From NCBI RefSeq assembly GCF_001735745.1, contig NZ_CP017260.1, forward strand, positions 2,610,001 to 2,642,000: 32,000 nt of DNA, read 5' to 3'. Origin of the DNA: Formosa sp. Hel1_33_131. Its GTDB lineage: Bacteria > Bacteroidota > Bacteroidia > Flavobacteriales > Flavobacteriaceae. Shown piece by piece: positions 1 through 7,041 of the stretch. Below the pieces are notes generated by a model. That model was not told where the DNA came from. It searched no databases and saw only the letters and a list, made by a program, of their open reading frames with translations. Every line of letters begins with the position of its first letter. Within the stretch, counting starts at the first letter, position 1. The translations under genes were made by a program, and so were the position numbers.

Positions 1-490
1 AGGCACCAGATGCTTGTTTGCCATCGTTGTGGCTTATAAAAATTAATAGTGTATTAGGTATTGCTGCTTGCATCTTTTTATAATCTTGCTTGGTCATAAA
101 TGTGTACTGTATGCTGTCTATAATTGCAATACGTGGTGCACCTTTTTTTTGTAGTCTTGCGACCATTTCTGGCATTGGTTCCCGATGCAATAAGATTAAA
201 CAGCCTTTTGGTAGCTGGTCCATATGCATCTCTTTAAATGCATCTTGCATACTTTTACGTGCGCCTTCTTCTAATGAGTTGTAAGCCACTTTACCGTATT
301 TCGACAACTCTTTTATAAGCTGCAGCACAAAAGTAGTTTTACCGTTAGCAGAAGCTCCTTTGATCATCCATGTGCCACTTGCTTCTGGGGTGCCTATTAA
401 TTCTCTAAACCGTCCTGTTAGAGGTATTTCAATGAACTTTGTTTTTAATAATTCTTCTACTGATATTGCCTTTTTACGCTGCTTTGCCAT
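1..490 (-). CDS. RecA-superfamily (DnaB/KaiC-like) P-loop ATPase, prophage-encoded, 5' part only (runs off the window)
   Basis: Absent from the ORF track because it is open at coordinate 1. My reverse-strand translation from ATG 490-488 reads MAKQRKKAISVEELLKTKFIEIPLTGRFRELIGTPEASGTWMIKGASANGKTTFVLQLIKELSKYGKVAYNSLEEG...GAPRIAIIDSIQYTFM...LLIFISHNDGKQASGA with no stop. Walker A is GASANGKTT and the Walker B-like motif is IAIIDS. It starts 6 bp after the MuB-like stop on the same strand. Confidence 0.6.
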   Translation of the reverse strand, partial: MAKQRKKAISVEELLKTKFIEIPLTGRFRELIGTPEASGTWMIKGASANGKTTFVLQLIKELSKYGKVAYNSLEEGARKSMQDAFKEMHMDQLPKGCLILLHREPMPEMVARLQKKGAPRIAIIDSIQYTFMTKQDYKKMQAAIPNTLLIFISHNDGKQASGA

Positions 491-496
491 CTAACT

Positions 497-1360
497 TTAT
501 GCAGATTTCTTTTGGTTTGCTTTTAGTTTTATTTTTATTTTATCAATATCACGGCGTACACGTCTTAAATCACCTTCGCTATTGTGATATATAAAAGACA
601 CATCATCGCCATCTGTAATGCCATTCGCATTGCATATTTGCTTTACATCTTGTTCTGTTATTGGTGCAAGCTTTATAAACTTTTTACCAATACGACTGTA
701 TAATTCTGCATAGCCGATTTTTTCACGATTAACGCCCTTTATTATTCGCTTTTCCAAAGCTTCAACACCACTAACAACAAAACCACAGTGCCCGCTTAAA
801 TCGTTATAGAAGTCCATAAACAGATCTAGTTGTGGATCCTTAAGCTTGTCAAACTGATCTATGATTAAAAGCGGTGTATCTAAACCTTTTAAATGCTTTA
901 TAAATCGGTTAATGAGTTCTTCTGTAGTTCCTATTGAACTTAGGCCCGTATTAATTAAAAGCTGTTTTATGTAGCTTTTTTTGGTCCAATAGTTTTTACA
1001 TTCTACATAAATCACATTTTCGTGGTCCCGCTCAAAATTTATAAAGGCTTCTGTTTTGCCTTTACCAGCACTATCGCTAATGCCAATACTTAAACTTTCA
1101 GATTTTGCAACGCTCAGCAATTGTTTAACTTGTAAAAAGTTGTGTGTTTTTGCAATGTTCCACTTTGGATCTATACGCAAAGTCACTTGTACTTTTCGCC
1201 AGAGGGCATCACTAATAAGTTTCCAATTGTTGTTAAGCATTTGGCTAATAGTGGCCGAAGACACATCCGCTTGTAAAGCCAACTGATTTTGGCTGGTTTT
1301 AGTACTACGTCTTGAAAGTTCGTTTGCAATAAGTGTTTTGTGTTCTTTTGATAGTTGCAT
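497..1360 (-). CDS. MuB-like DNA transposition ATPase (N-terminal HTH + AAA+ domain)
   Basis: 287 aa with an ATG start. N-terminal HTH resembles COG2842/MuB proteins (SQNQLALQADVSSATISQMLNNNW). Walker A is DSAGKGKTEAF and Walker B is LLIIDQFD. It lies 18 bp downstream of the transposase gene. Confidence 0.75.
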   Translation of the reverse strand: MQLSKEHKTLIANELSRRSTKTSQNQLALQADVSSATISQMLNNNWKLISDALWRKVQVTLRIDPKWNIAKTHNFLQVKQLLSVAKSESLSIGISDSAGKGKTEAFINFERDHENVIYVECKNYWTKKSYIKQLLINTGLSSIGTTEELINRFIKHLKGLDTPLLIIDQFDKLKDPQLDLFMDFYNDLSGHCGFVVSGVEALEKRIIKGVNREKIGYAELYSRIGKKFIKLAPITEQDVKQICNANGITDGDDVSFIYHNSEGDLRRVRRDIDKIKIKLKANQKKSA

Positions 1361-1378
1361 AATAATTAGGTTATTAGT

Positions 1379-3388
1379 TTATAGTAAATCGAATACTGAT
1401 GCAGCTTCTACCGCATTGCGTTCTTTTTTTGGTAGTTTGCCACCCATTTTTATTTTAAATTCTTGATCTTCTATTAATTGTTCTGGAGTAATACCAGTTT
1501 CACGCTGTATTTGCTCCATTTGCTTTTTAGCTTTGGCTTCTTCAACTTTACGGACTTCATAGTCTTTTGCAAATTGGGCTTTATCGCCTTCAGTCATTAA
1601 AGCAGGTATTTGCTGTTGCTTGTGTACTGGTTGTGCATCTGCTATAAATTTGGTATCGCCATTTGGAAGTTTAGCGTACAGACTTACATAATTATCTAGT
1701 TGGTCTGGGTCGTACTTTACAAAGAATTTCGAGCCAACGTAACGTTCTCTGAAGCGTAAATCAACATTGTCATTGGCATCGTATACCTCGAAATGATACT
1801 TTTTATTGGCGATTTGAACTTTAATTCCATCGGCTTTGTATGTAATGGTATCGTTCGTATAAATCCAAAACAAATCTATCATGTCCAGATAGTTCATTTT
1901 TTCTTGCATTATTGGTTCATGGTTGTAAACCTCATTGCGTGTTTCGTTAAACTTTGGATGTTTGGCGTTATTCCATTCGTTAACCGAAATTTTAAAAGCT
2001 TCAATCAGCTTTTCTCTAGTTAAAAGACGGTGCTTGTTTTCTAATAAAAAATCTATATTAGGCTTACTGTTGTCTGTGCGAGCCTTAATACTTTGTTTGT
2101 CACTAAACCACCACTGGTTAAGTATTTGCTGTTGGAAACGTCCAAATACTTGCTCTACAGGCGAACTGTGGCGACCAACAGCGTGTTGGTAATGTGTGCC
2201 ACCTTTTTTAGCTACCATTTTGCCATACAAGCCTTGCATACGACTTGTTTTATGACCACTTTGCCCATCATAAGTAAATAAGAAAGGTTTAGCCTGTGCT
2301 TCTTGAAAAGCCATTTTGACTGCTCTAAAATGATCTTCGTGGTTTTCAGTTTCACTAAAGCTTGTACCTATTATTTTTTCGCTATAAACATCAATAACAA
2401 TATCTATTTTTAACTTAGCTGCCATACCTAGTGTGTTGTCGTAATAGTGCAACCAGTCAATTTTAGAACCATCAATGGCCCAATACGAATTGGGAAACCA
2501 TGTATCTTTATCTCTTACTAATTTATGGCCATATTTATTACGGAATGTTTCCATACCATCGCGGCTAATCATCCATTGACGCTCTTGTGTTGGTTCATGT
2601 AGCCACTTGTATATTGCATTTTCAGATAGTTCGCACCAATTACGCTTTAATGCTTCACGCTCATACATCGCATGAAGCACTGGGACCACTATTTTATTTG
2701 GCATTGAATATTGAGCTAGCAACCATTTTGCGATATCGCCTTTGATTTTTTGAGCTGCTTTATTATTAGCATTCTTATGTACTAAAAATTCAAAACCAGC
2801 TTTTTCATAACCAAGGCTTTTTGAAGTGCCAAAAGCCTTTCTATTTAAAGCACGTGGATTGGTTGGTAATTTGTGAGGATATTTTTTAGTAGAAGTGTTT
2901 GGGTAACATTCACTTTTTATATCATTAATTATGGCAGATATTTTAGCTTGTAAAGCCCCTTTATTTGCTTTTCTGCTAGATGCTTTCATTTTAGCACCAT
3001 AGTTGCTTATTAATGATATGTACAGATTTAGCAATTCCGCTTCACAAATGTATTGGTGTTGTTTTTTAGTAGGGATCCCAGAACCGTCATTGTAACGGTA
3101 CGACTTAAAAAAGTCAATAGCATCTTGGTCTTGTTCTAATTGATTCGTGAAGGTTGCACGGTCATTTTCTAGGTAAGGATTCCCAAACTTTTTTATGATG
3201 AGTTGCTTTATTTCTTCTGGAATAGATGAGAATTCTATCAGTCCTGTACGACCACGCCCTTTTGTGCGAAGGCGGTTTAGTTTGCCTCGTTGTACCCATT
3301 TTTGAAAATTATCATAACTTAACATAGCGAGTTCTTGATAAAAAATCGTTTGGTTTACGCCAAGTATGTTATTGTAGTTTTCGTACAT
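1379..3388 (-). CDS. MuA-like DDE transposase (retroviral-integrase superfamily catalytic core)
   Basis: The ORF track gives 1379-3403 with a TTG start. The first ATG is at 3388 (MYENYNN...), so either start is possible. Candidate DDE triad in track numbering: D311 (WAIDGS), D379 (FTYDGQSGH), E417 (SSPVEQVFGRF). The spacings of 68 and 38 aa are typical of DD35E/rve cores. Size (about 670 aa) and pairing with a MuB-like ATPase fit a Mu-family transposase. Confidence 0.8.
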   Translation of the reverse strand: MYENYNNILGVNQTIFYQELAMLSYDNFQKWVQRGKLNRLRTKGRGRTGLIEFSSIPEEIKQLIIKKFGNPYLENDRATFTNQLEQDQDAIDFFKSYRYNDGSGIPTKKQHQYICEAELLNLYISLISNYGAKMKASSRKANKGALQAKISAIINDIKSECYPNTSTKKYPHKLPTNPRALNRKAFGTSKSLGYEKAGFEFLVHKNANNKAAQKIKGDIAKWLLAQYSMPNKIVVPVLHAMYEREALKRNWCELSENAIYKWLHEPTQERQWMISRDGMETFRNKYGHKLVRDKDTWFPNSYWAIDGSKIDWLHYYDNTLGMAAKLKIDIVIDVYSEKIIGTSFSETENHEDHFRAVKMAFQEAQAKPFLFTYDGQSGHKTSRMQGLYGKMVAKKGGTHYQHAVGRHSSPVEQVFGRFQQQILNQWWFSDKQSIKARTDNSKPNIDFLLENKHRLLTREKLIEAFKISVNEWNNAKHPKFNETRNEVYNHEPIMQEKMNYLDMIDLFWIYTNDTITYKADGIKVQIANKKYHFEVYDANDNVDLRFRERYVGSKFFVKYDPDQLDNYVSLYAKLPNGDTKFIADAQPVHKQQQIPALMTEGDKAQFAKDYEVRKVEEAKAKKQMEQIQRETGITPEQLIEDQEFKIKMGGKLPKKERNAVEAASVFDLL

Positions 3389-3453
3389 TTGGTTATGTTT
3401 CAATTAAAATATGCAGTTACTTTAAGTTGCGGGGTTGTTTCTTAATAACATAA

Positions 3454-3645
3454 TTATTGATTTAAAACAGTTTCTACTTCTTTTGCGAGCTTCTTGTATT
3501 CTTTTCTAATGGTTTCTGAGGTTAAACTATTACGGTCCCCTCTTAGGCATTGCCGGATGTACTGGGTGGTAAATCCGTGCTTTTCGGAAAGTTTATTTAC
3601 AACCTGACTATTAAACTTGTTGTTTTTCTTTGTAGATTTGTTCAT
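3454..3645 (-). CDS. small basic DNA-binding protein in the Ner/Cro position
   Basis: 63 aa with an ATG start. Lys-rich N-terminus and a probable HTH (LSEKHGFTTQYIRQCLRG). It is the first gene of the leftward operon and is divergent from the repressor. The function is inferred from position only. Confidence 0.5.
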   Translation of the reverse strand: MNKSTKKNNKFNSQVVNKLSEKHGFTTQYIRQCLRGDRNSLTSETIRKEYKKLAKEVETVLNQ

Positions 3646-3671
3646 TGTCTATATTGTTTCGTTTGTTGAAG

Positions 3672-3679
3672 CAAATATA
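3672..3679 (-). promoter_or_regulatory. candidate Bacteroidota -7 box (TATATTTG) of the early (ner-A-B) promoter
   Basis: The reverse strand reads TATATTTG, matching TAnnTTTG, 26 nt upstream of ATG 3645. The flanking direct repeats ACATAATA (3681-3688 and 3701-3708, 20 bp apart) are candidate operators. Confidence 0.35.
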
Positions 3680-3718
3680 CACATAATATTCTATTAAATT
3701 ACATAATACTGGAAATTA

Positions 3719-4396
3719 ATGTCGACATCAAAAGAAAATATACTACAATTCATTAGCTTTAAAGGAGTTACTAAATCAGGTTTTTGCAAGAAAACCAACC
3801 TGTCAAATGGCTTTTTTACAAACTCAGGTGCTGTAGGAAGTGATAAAATACATAATATTCTAAATGTTTATCCTGAAATTTCGGCGGAATGGTTAATTAC
3901 AGGCGAAGGCGAGATGCTAAAAGCAGATAATTCAAAACCTTCAGAAGAAAAAAACTTGATACCGTACTACGAAGATGTCAGCACTATAGGCGGTAATAAT
4001 GTGGTAGCAGAGACAGAAGCTGTCTATAACACTGCTATACAAATAGATGCAGGAGACTGGTTCAAAGGAGCAACCGCAGCTATCCGCCACTATGAAAATA
4101 GTATGGCGGAATACCCTAGTGGTTGTATTTTAGCGATAAAAGAACTAAACAATAAAAGTGAAATTATTTGGGGTAGAAATTACGTAGTAGAAACAATAGA
4201 AATGCGCATCACTAAAAAAATAGCTGAATTAGACAATGATTACATAAACTGTTATAGTACGAATTTAGAAACCCATCCAGACGGGGCCTTAATTCATCAA
4301 CCTATAAGAGTAAAAAAAACAGATATACGTTATTTAGCTCGTGTTCTTGGCTCCGTTAATAAAGAAGAAAGCACAGGAAAAGTACAACTATTATAG
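3719..4396 (+). CDS. phage repressor: CI-type HTH N-terminal domain + S24 (LexA/CI-like) peptidase domain
   Basis: 225 aa. The N-terminus ends in the CI-repressor-type motif AEWLITGEGEM. The C-terminal half starts IPYYEDVSTIGG (like IPLLGxVAAG), with candidate Ser128 (ENSMAEYPSGCIL) and Lys166 (RITKKI) 38 aa apart, comparable to LexA S119/K156. Confidence 0.7.
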   Translation: MSTSKENILQFISFKGVTKSGFCKKTNLSNGFFTNSGAVGSDKIHNILNVYPEISAEWLITGEGEMLKADNSKPSEEKNLIPYYEDVSTIGGNNVVAETEAVYNTAIQIDAGDWFKGATAAIRHYENSMAEYPSGCILAIKELNNKSEIIWGRNYVVETIEMRITKKIAELDNDYINCYSTNLETHPDGALIHQPIRVKKTDIRYLARVLGSVNKEESTGKVQLL

Positions 4397-4640
4397 TTCT
4401 TTTTATATTATATGTAAACCGCTAGAGTGATAAAAAAACGAAAATAAGAAAACAAAAAGTACAACCAAGCATTATTAAAAATAGGAAGTAATAGAGGTTT
4501 TGTTGCTTATTATTAGCTACTTAAGTCAATTCTAACTATAAAAAACAGGACATTATGTCCCCTTATTCTAGCTCTTTTTGGTCATTTTAGCCGTTTTTTA
4601 GCGTTTTTTATGTGGTATTCTAGCCTTTTTTTAATGCGTT

Positions 4641-4676
4641 TTGTCCATCCTATTGTCCATCCTATTGTCCATCCTA
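4641..4676. repeat. perfect tandem repeat, 3 x 12 bp (TTGTCCATCCTA)
   Basis: Read directly at 4641-4652, 4653-4664 and 4665-4676. It is non-coding; the only ORF across it is 19 codons. Confidence 0.95.
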
Positions 4677-4749
4677 TGCTTTTTTGGGTGTAAATTGCTG
4701 TTTTATGGTCAAGTCAAAAATAGGTTAAGTGTTGTTGTTAAATAGCTTC

Positions 4750-4789
4750 TAACAGGCTTTTAAACAGTGTTTAACAGCAGTAATAACAG
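4750..4789. repeat. phased short direct repeats (T/A)AACAG x4
   Basis: Copies start at 4750, 4762, 4772 and 4784 (spacing 12, 10, 12 bp, about one helical turn). They lie in the non-coding prophage/host junction. Confidence 0.7.
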
Positions 4790-4954
4790 GTTACAACGGT
4801 TTTATATGGTAGTAATGGTAGGGGGTGGTAAAAATGTGTTAATAAAAAAAGTACGTCAATGGTAGTGTTATAGTGCTTTTGTACAATTAGTTTTTTTTAG
4901 CTTTTTTGTAAAAACCTTGTTAAGTATAACAAAATCAGTACTTTACTGGTGTTT

Positions 4955-5209
4955 TTAGGTTTTATTCTTTTGTACAATTTGTTTTATGCCCCATATACCT
5001 TTTGAATAGTTTTTAAATTTATAAAATCGGGTGAGTATTAATAATGCCAAGAGAATCAATAGGGGGTAAATGGCAGCATACATATAAAAGGCTTCTACAA
5101 AATGGCCTCTCCATATCAAAAAAAGGGATCTTTGAAATCCACAACCCATGCATTCAAACCCAAAAAGAGTTTTACTTAAACACGGAATCATATAGTTTTC
5201 TAGAGCCAT
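4955..5209 (-). CDS. DUF2752-like small membrane protein
   Basis: 84 aa with an ATG start. The motif CLSKTLFGFECMGCGFQRS followed by hydrophobic segments matches the DUF2752 pattern (CPxxxxxGxxCPGCGxxR). Confidence 0.6.
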   Translation of the reverse strand: MALENYMIPCLSKTLFGFECMGCGFQRSLFLIWRGHFVEAFYMYAAIYPLLILLALLILTRFYKFKNYSKGIWGIKQIVQKNKT

Positions 5210-5301
5210 TAATTGTTTTTTATAAATAGGATATTCAAATTAAGAGAATTATTTTCGAAATAAAAAATGGATATTGCTATTTATCATAAATTCAAAAGCT
5301 G

Positions 5302-5309
5302 TAATTTTG
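5302..5309 (+). promoter_or_regulatory. candidate -7 box TAATTTTG
   Basis: Matches TAnnTTTG 19 nt upstream of ATG 5328. It lies inside the TTG-extended ORF (5274), which argues for the shorter start. Confidence 0.3.
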
Positions 5310-5327
5310 ATTTTTAAGCCAAATGTG

Positions 5328-5528
5328 ATGTCAAAACGTACCCTTTATTATATATGTCTTGTACTAGGAATTTTTCTTGTGATCGTTACTGAATTTCAAG
5401 ATGATCCTGATTTGATCCTACAAATTGGTGGATTCTGTTTGCTCATGCTTGCGTTGTATCAGATGTCCAAAGGGATCAAAGACCTCCCAACAAAAGATTC
5501 TTATGTTGAAAATGAAGAAGAAGAATGA
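5328..5528 (+). CDS. small two-TM membrane protein (hypothetical)
   Basis: The track ORF 5274-5528 begins with TTG. The in-frame ATG at 5328 gives MSKRTLYYICLVLGIFLVIV... (66 aa, two hydrophobic segments). Its stop overlaps the next start (ATGA at 5525-5528). Confidence 0.45.
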   Translation: MSKRTLYYICLVLGIFLVIVTEFQDDPDLILQIGGFCLLMLALYQMSKGIKDLPTKDSYVENEEEE

Positions 5529-6085
5529 AATTTGAAATCAATGATACGGTATCCGTTTTGGATGATGATTTATCAGGGATCATTACTAATATAGAAGGTT
5601 CCGAAATTACGGTTGCAACAACGAACGGGTTTGAGTTAAAATTTGAATCCAATGAGTTGGTGAAAATTAAAGACCCCCGTATGATGTCTCGATCGCTGTT
5701 TTCAAATAAATCATTAGAAAGTGTCCTCTCTGAAAAGGAAACTACTAAACGTCAAAATCCTCCTAAAATTTCTTCTAAGGAACGCACCCAACCCGCAATG
5801 GAAGTGGATTTACATATCCACCAATTGGTGAAAAATTCTCGGGGCATGCAAAACCATGAGATGCTAGATTTACAGATAGAGACCGCCAAGCGCCGCTTAG
5901 AATTTGCGATTCAAAATCGCATTCAACGCATCGTGTTTATTCATGGAGTAGGTGAAGGGGTTCTAAAATTAGAACTAGAATATCTTTTTAAGCGGTATGA
6001 AGGTTTAAAATTCTACGATGCCAATTACCAAAAATACGGACAAGGGGCTACTGAAGTATATATCTTTCAGTCAAAAACGTCTTAA
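5525..6085 (+). CDS. Smr (MutS2 C-terminal-like) domain protein
   Basis: 186 aa. The C-terminal 90 aa (VDLHIHQL...RIVFIHGVGEGVLK...) match the Smr domain pattern (DLHG...IHGKGxGxL). Confidence 0.75.
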   Translation: MKFEINDTVSVLDDDLSGIITNIEGSEITVATTNGFELKFESNELVKIKDPRMMSRSLFSNKSLESVLSEKETTKRQNPPKISSKERTQPAMEVDLHIHQLVKNSRGMQNHEMLDLQIETAKRRLEFAIQNRIQRIVFIHGVGEGVLKLELEYLFKRYEGLKFYDANYQKYGQGATEVYIFQSKTS

Positions 6086-6089
6086 TAGA

Positions 6090-6950
6090 TTAAAAGTATT
6101 CGTAAGTCCCTAATTCAAAACGATCCGTTGCTAAAATTGTGAGGTCGATATCTTCTAAAGTGACATTGATTCTGAATGTACGTCTGAATGCGTTAGGCCT
6201 TACAAATGTAACCGCATAAGTATCCGAGACTGTATCGTCTAGAAACCGTGCGACTGCTGCCCCTGTGGCCAAATCGTCAAATAAGTTCCCATTGTTATTT
6301 TCATCTTCTAAACGTGTAGGAGTGCCATCACCATCATCATCGTTATCCAAATAATCTGGAATCCCGTCACCATCCGTATCTTGGGCATCTGATATATCGC
6401 CATCGTCGTTAGGGTCTGGTTTTTCGTTTAGGGTTGGCACATTATCACCGTCATCATCACTGTCTTTATAATTAGGGATGCCATCTCCATCCGTATCTCC
6501 ATCAAATTCTAGAGCGGTTGGGACGCCATCATTATCGTCATCTTCAAAGGTGGATATGAAATTAGCAGTTCCGATTTCCGCTTCGAAATTTTCGTTTACA
6601 GAGACGTTAGCATCTGGAATGTCTTCACAAATATAGTCGTTAGGATCTCCATTATAAGTTCTGTAAATGAAGCGGACACTACTTTTATTAATAGTCATTG
6701 TTTCCATATTCCCTGAATTTTCAGGGTTCAAAATAGTTTGCGCCTGCGTATTGTTTGGGAATAAAAGCGTGAGTGATTCAGACGGGTCGTTTTTAGTGTC
6801 GTATAAAATATAATTGGGGGTATTAGAATCTCCACAAAGAGTGAGGTTTTTGTCAAAATCCAATTCAACATTCAAAACATCCCCATCGTCACATGATAAA
6901 AGAAAGTTACAACAAAAAAGTAAGATTAATAAAGATCGCATACCAAACAT
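6090..6950 (-). CDS. lipoprotein with thrombospondin type-3 (Ca-binding DxDxDG) repeats
   Basis: The track start at 6959 is GTG; in-frame ATGs are at 6950 and 6941. Lipoprotein-like signal ...LLILLFCCNFLLSC. There are five to six Asp-rich repeats (DTDGDGIPNYKDSDDDGD, DTDGDGIPDYLDNDDDGDG). Confidence 0.7.
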   Translation of the reverse strand: MFGMRSLLILLFCCNFLLSCDDGDVLNVELDFDKNLTLCGDSNTPNYILYDTKNDPSESLTLLFPNNTQAQTILNPENSGNMETMTINKSSVRFIYRTYNGDPNDYICEDIPDANVSVNENFEAEIGTANFISTFEDDDNDGVPTALEFDGDTDGDGIPNYKDSDDDGDNVPTLNEKPDPNDDGDISDAQDTDGDGIPDYLDNDDDGDGTPTRLEDENNNGNLFDDLATGAAVARFLDDTVSDTYAVTFVRPNAFRRTFRINVTLEDIDLTILATDRFELGTYEYF

Positions 6951-7016
6951 ATTTAACACAAAAGTAAACGATTTGTTAATTAGTTTGAATATAATTTGCT
7001 AATAATTTTATTTGGT

Positions 7017-7024
7017 TATTTTTG
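7017..7024 (+). promoter_or_regulatory. candidate -7 box TATTTTTG
   Basis: Matches TAnnTTTG 18 nt upstream of ATG 7042. Confidence 0.3.
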
Positions 7025-7041
7025 TATCAAACTAAAGCTCC

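Larger units (their letters stand above)
1..4954. mobile_element. Mu-like transposable prophage, regulatory/transposition end. The element continues beyond coordinate 1, and its outer boundary lies somewhere in 4397-4954.
   Basis: Gene order matches Mu attL-c-ner-A-B: repressor (3719-4396, +) facing the element end, a divergent small HTH gene, then DDE transposase, HTH+AAA+ ATPase and a further ATPase, all on the - strand with 6-65 bp gaps. A repeat-dense non-coding region (4397-4954) sits before the first host gene. The exact terminus cannot be fixed without the other end. Confidence 0.65.

Noticed and set aside
90-284. 64-aa + strand ORF at the left edge
   Set aside because: It lies antisense within the longer open frame of the RecA-like ATPase (1-490, - strand), which has clear Walker motifs. 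It is a shadow ORF.
1056-2281. Four + strand ORFs (1056-1286, 1793-2023, 1935-2192, 2093-2281)
   Set aside because: All lie antisense inside the MuB-like and transposase genes. They have low-complexity, Leu/Phe/Cys-rich translations typical of shadow frames in AT-rich DNA.
497-3403. Reading the transposase + ATPase pair as IS21 (IstA/IstB) or as a Tn7-like/CRISPR-associated transposon (TnsB/TnsC)
   Set aside because: The transposase is far larger than IstA. The ATPase has the MuB-type N-terminal HTH. The pair is preceded by a phage-type repressor/Cro-like switch. No TniQ, TnsA, resolvase, cas gene or CRISPR array is visible. A Tn7-like element cannot be fully excluded because the element runs off the window.
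4641-4676. Possible CRISPR-like array
   Set aside because: The 12-bp units are directly abutting with no spacers, and there are no cas genes. It is a simple tandem repeat.
4634-4693. Short ORF spanning the 12-bp tandem repeat (MRFVHPIVHPIVHPMLFWV)
   Set aside because: It has only 19 codons and no promoter box, and its repetitiveness is a by-product of the DNA repeat. I treat it as non-coding.
5274-5327. TTG-extended N-termini offered by the ORF track (5274, 18147, 20782, 30099)
   Set aside because: In each case an in-frame ATG a few codons downstream gives a sensible N-terminus (signal peptide or family-typical start). For 5274 and 20782 a TAnnTTTG -7 box lies within or over the extension. 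The 30099 start would overlap pdxH by 28 nt.
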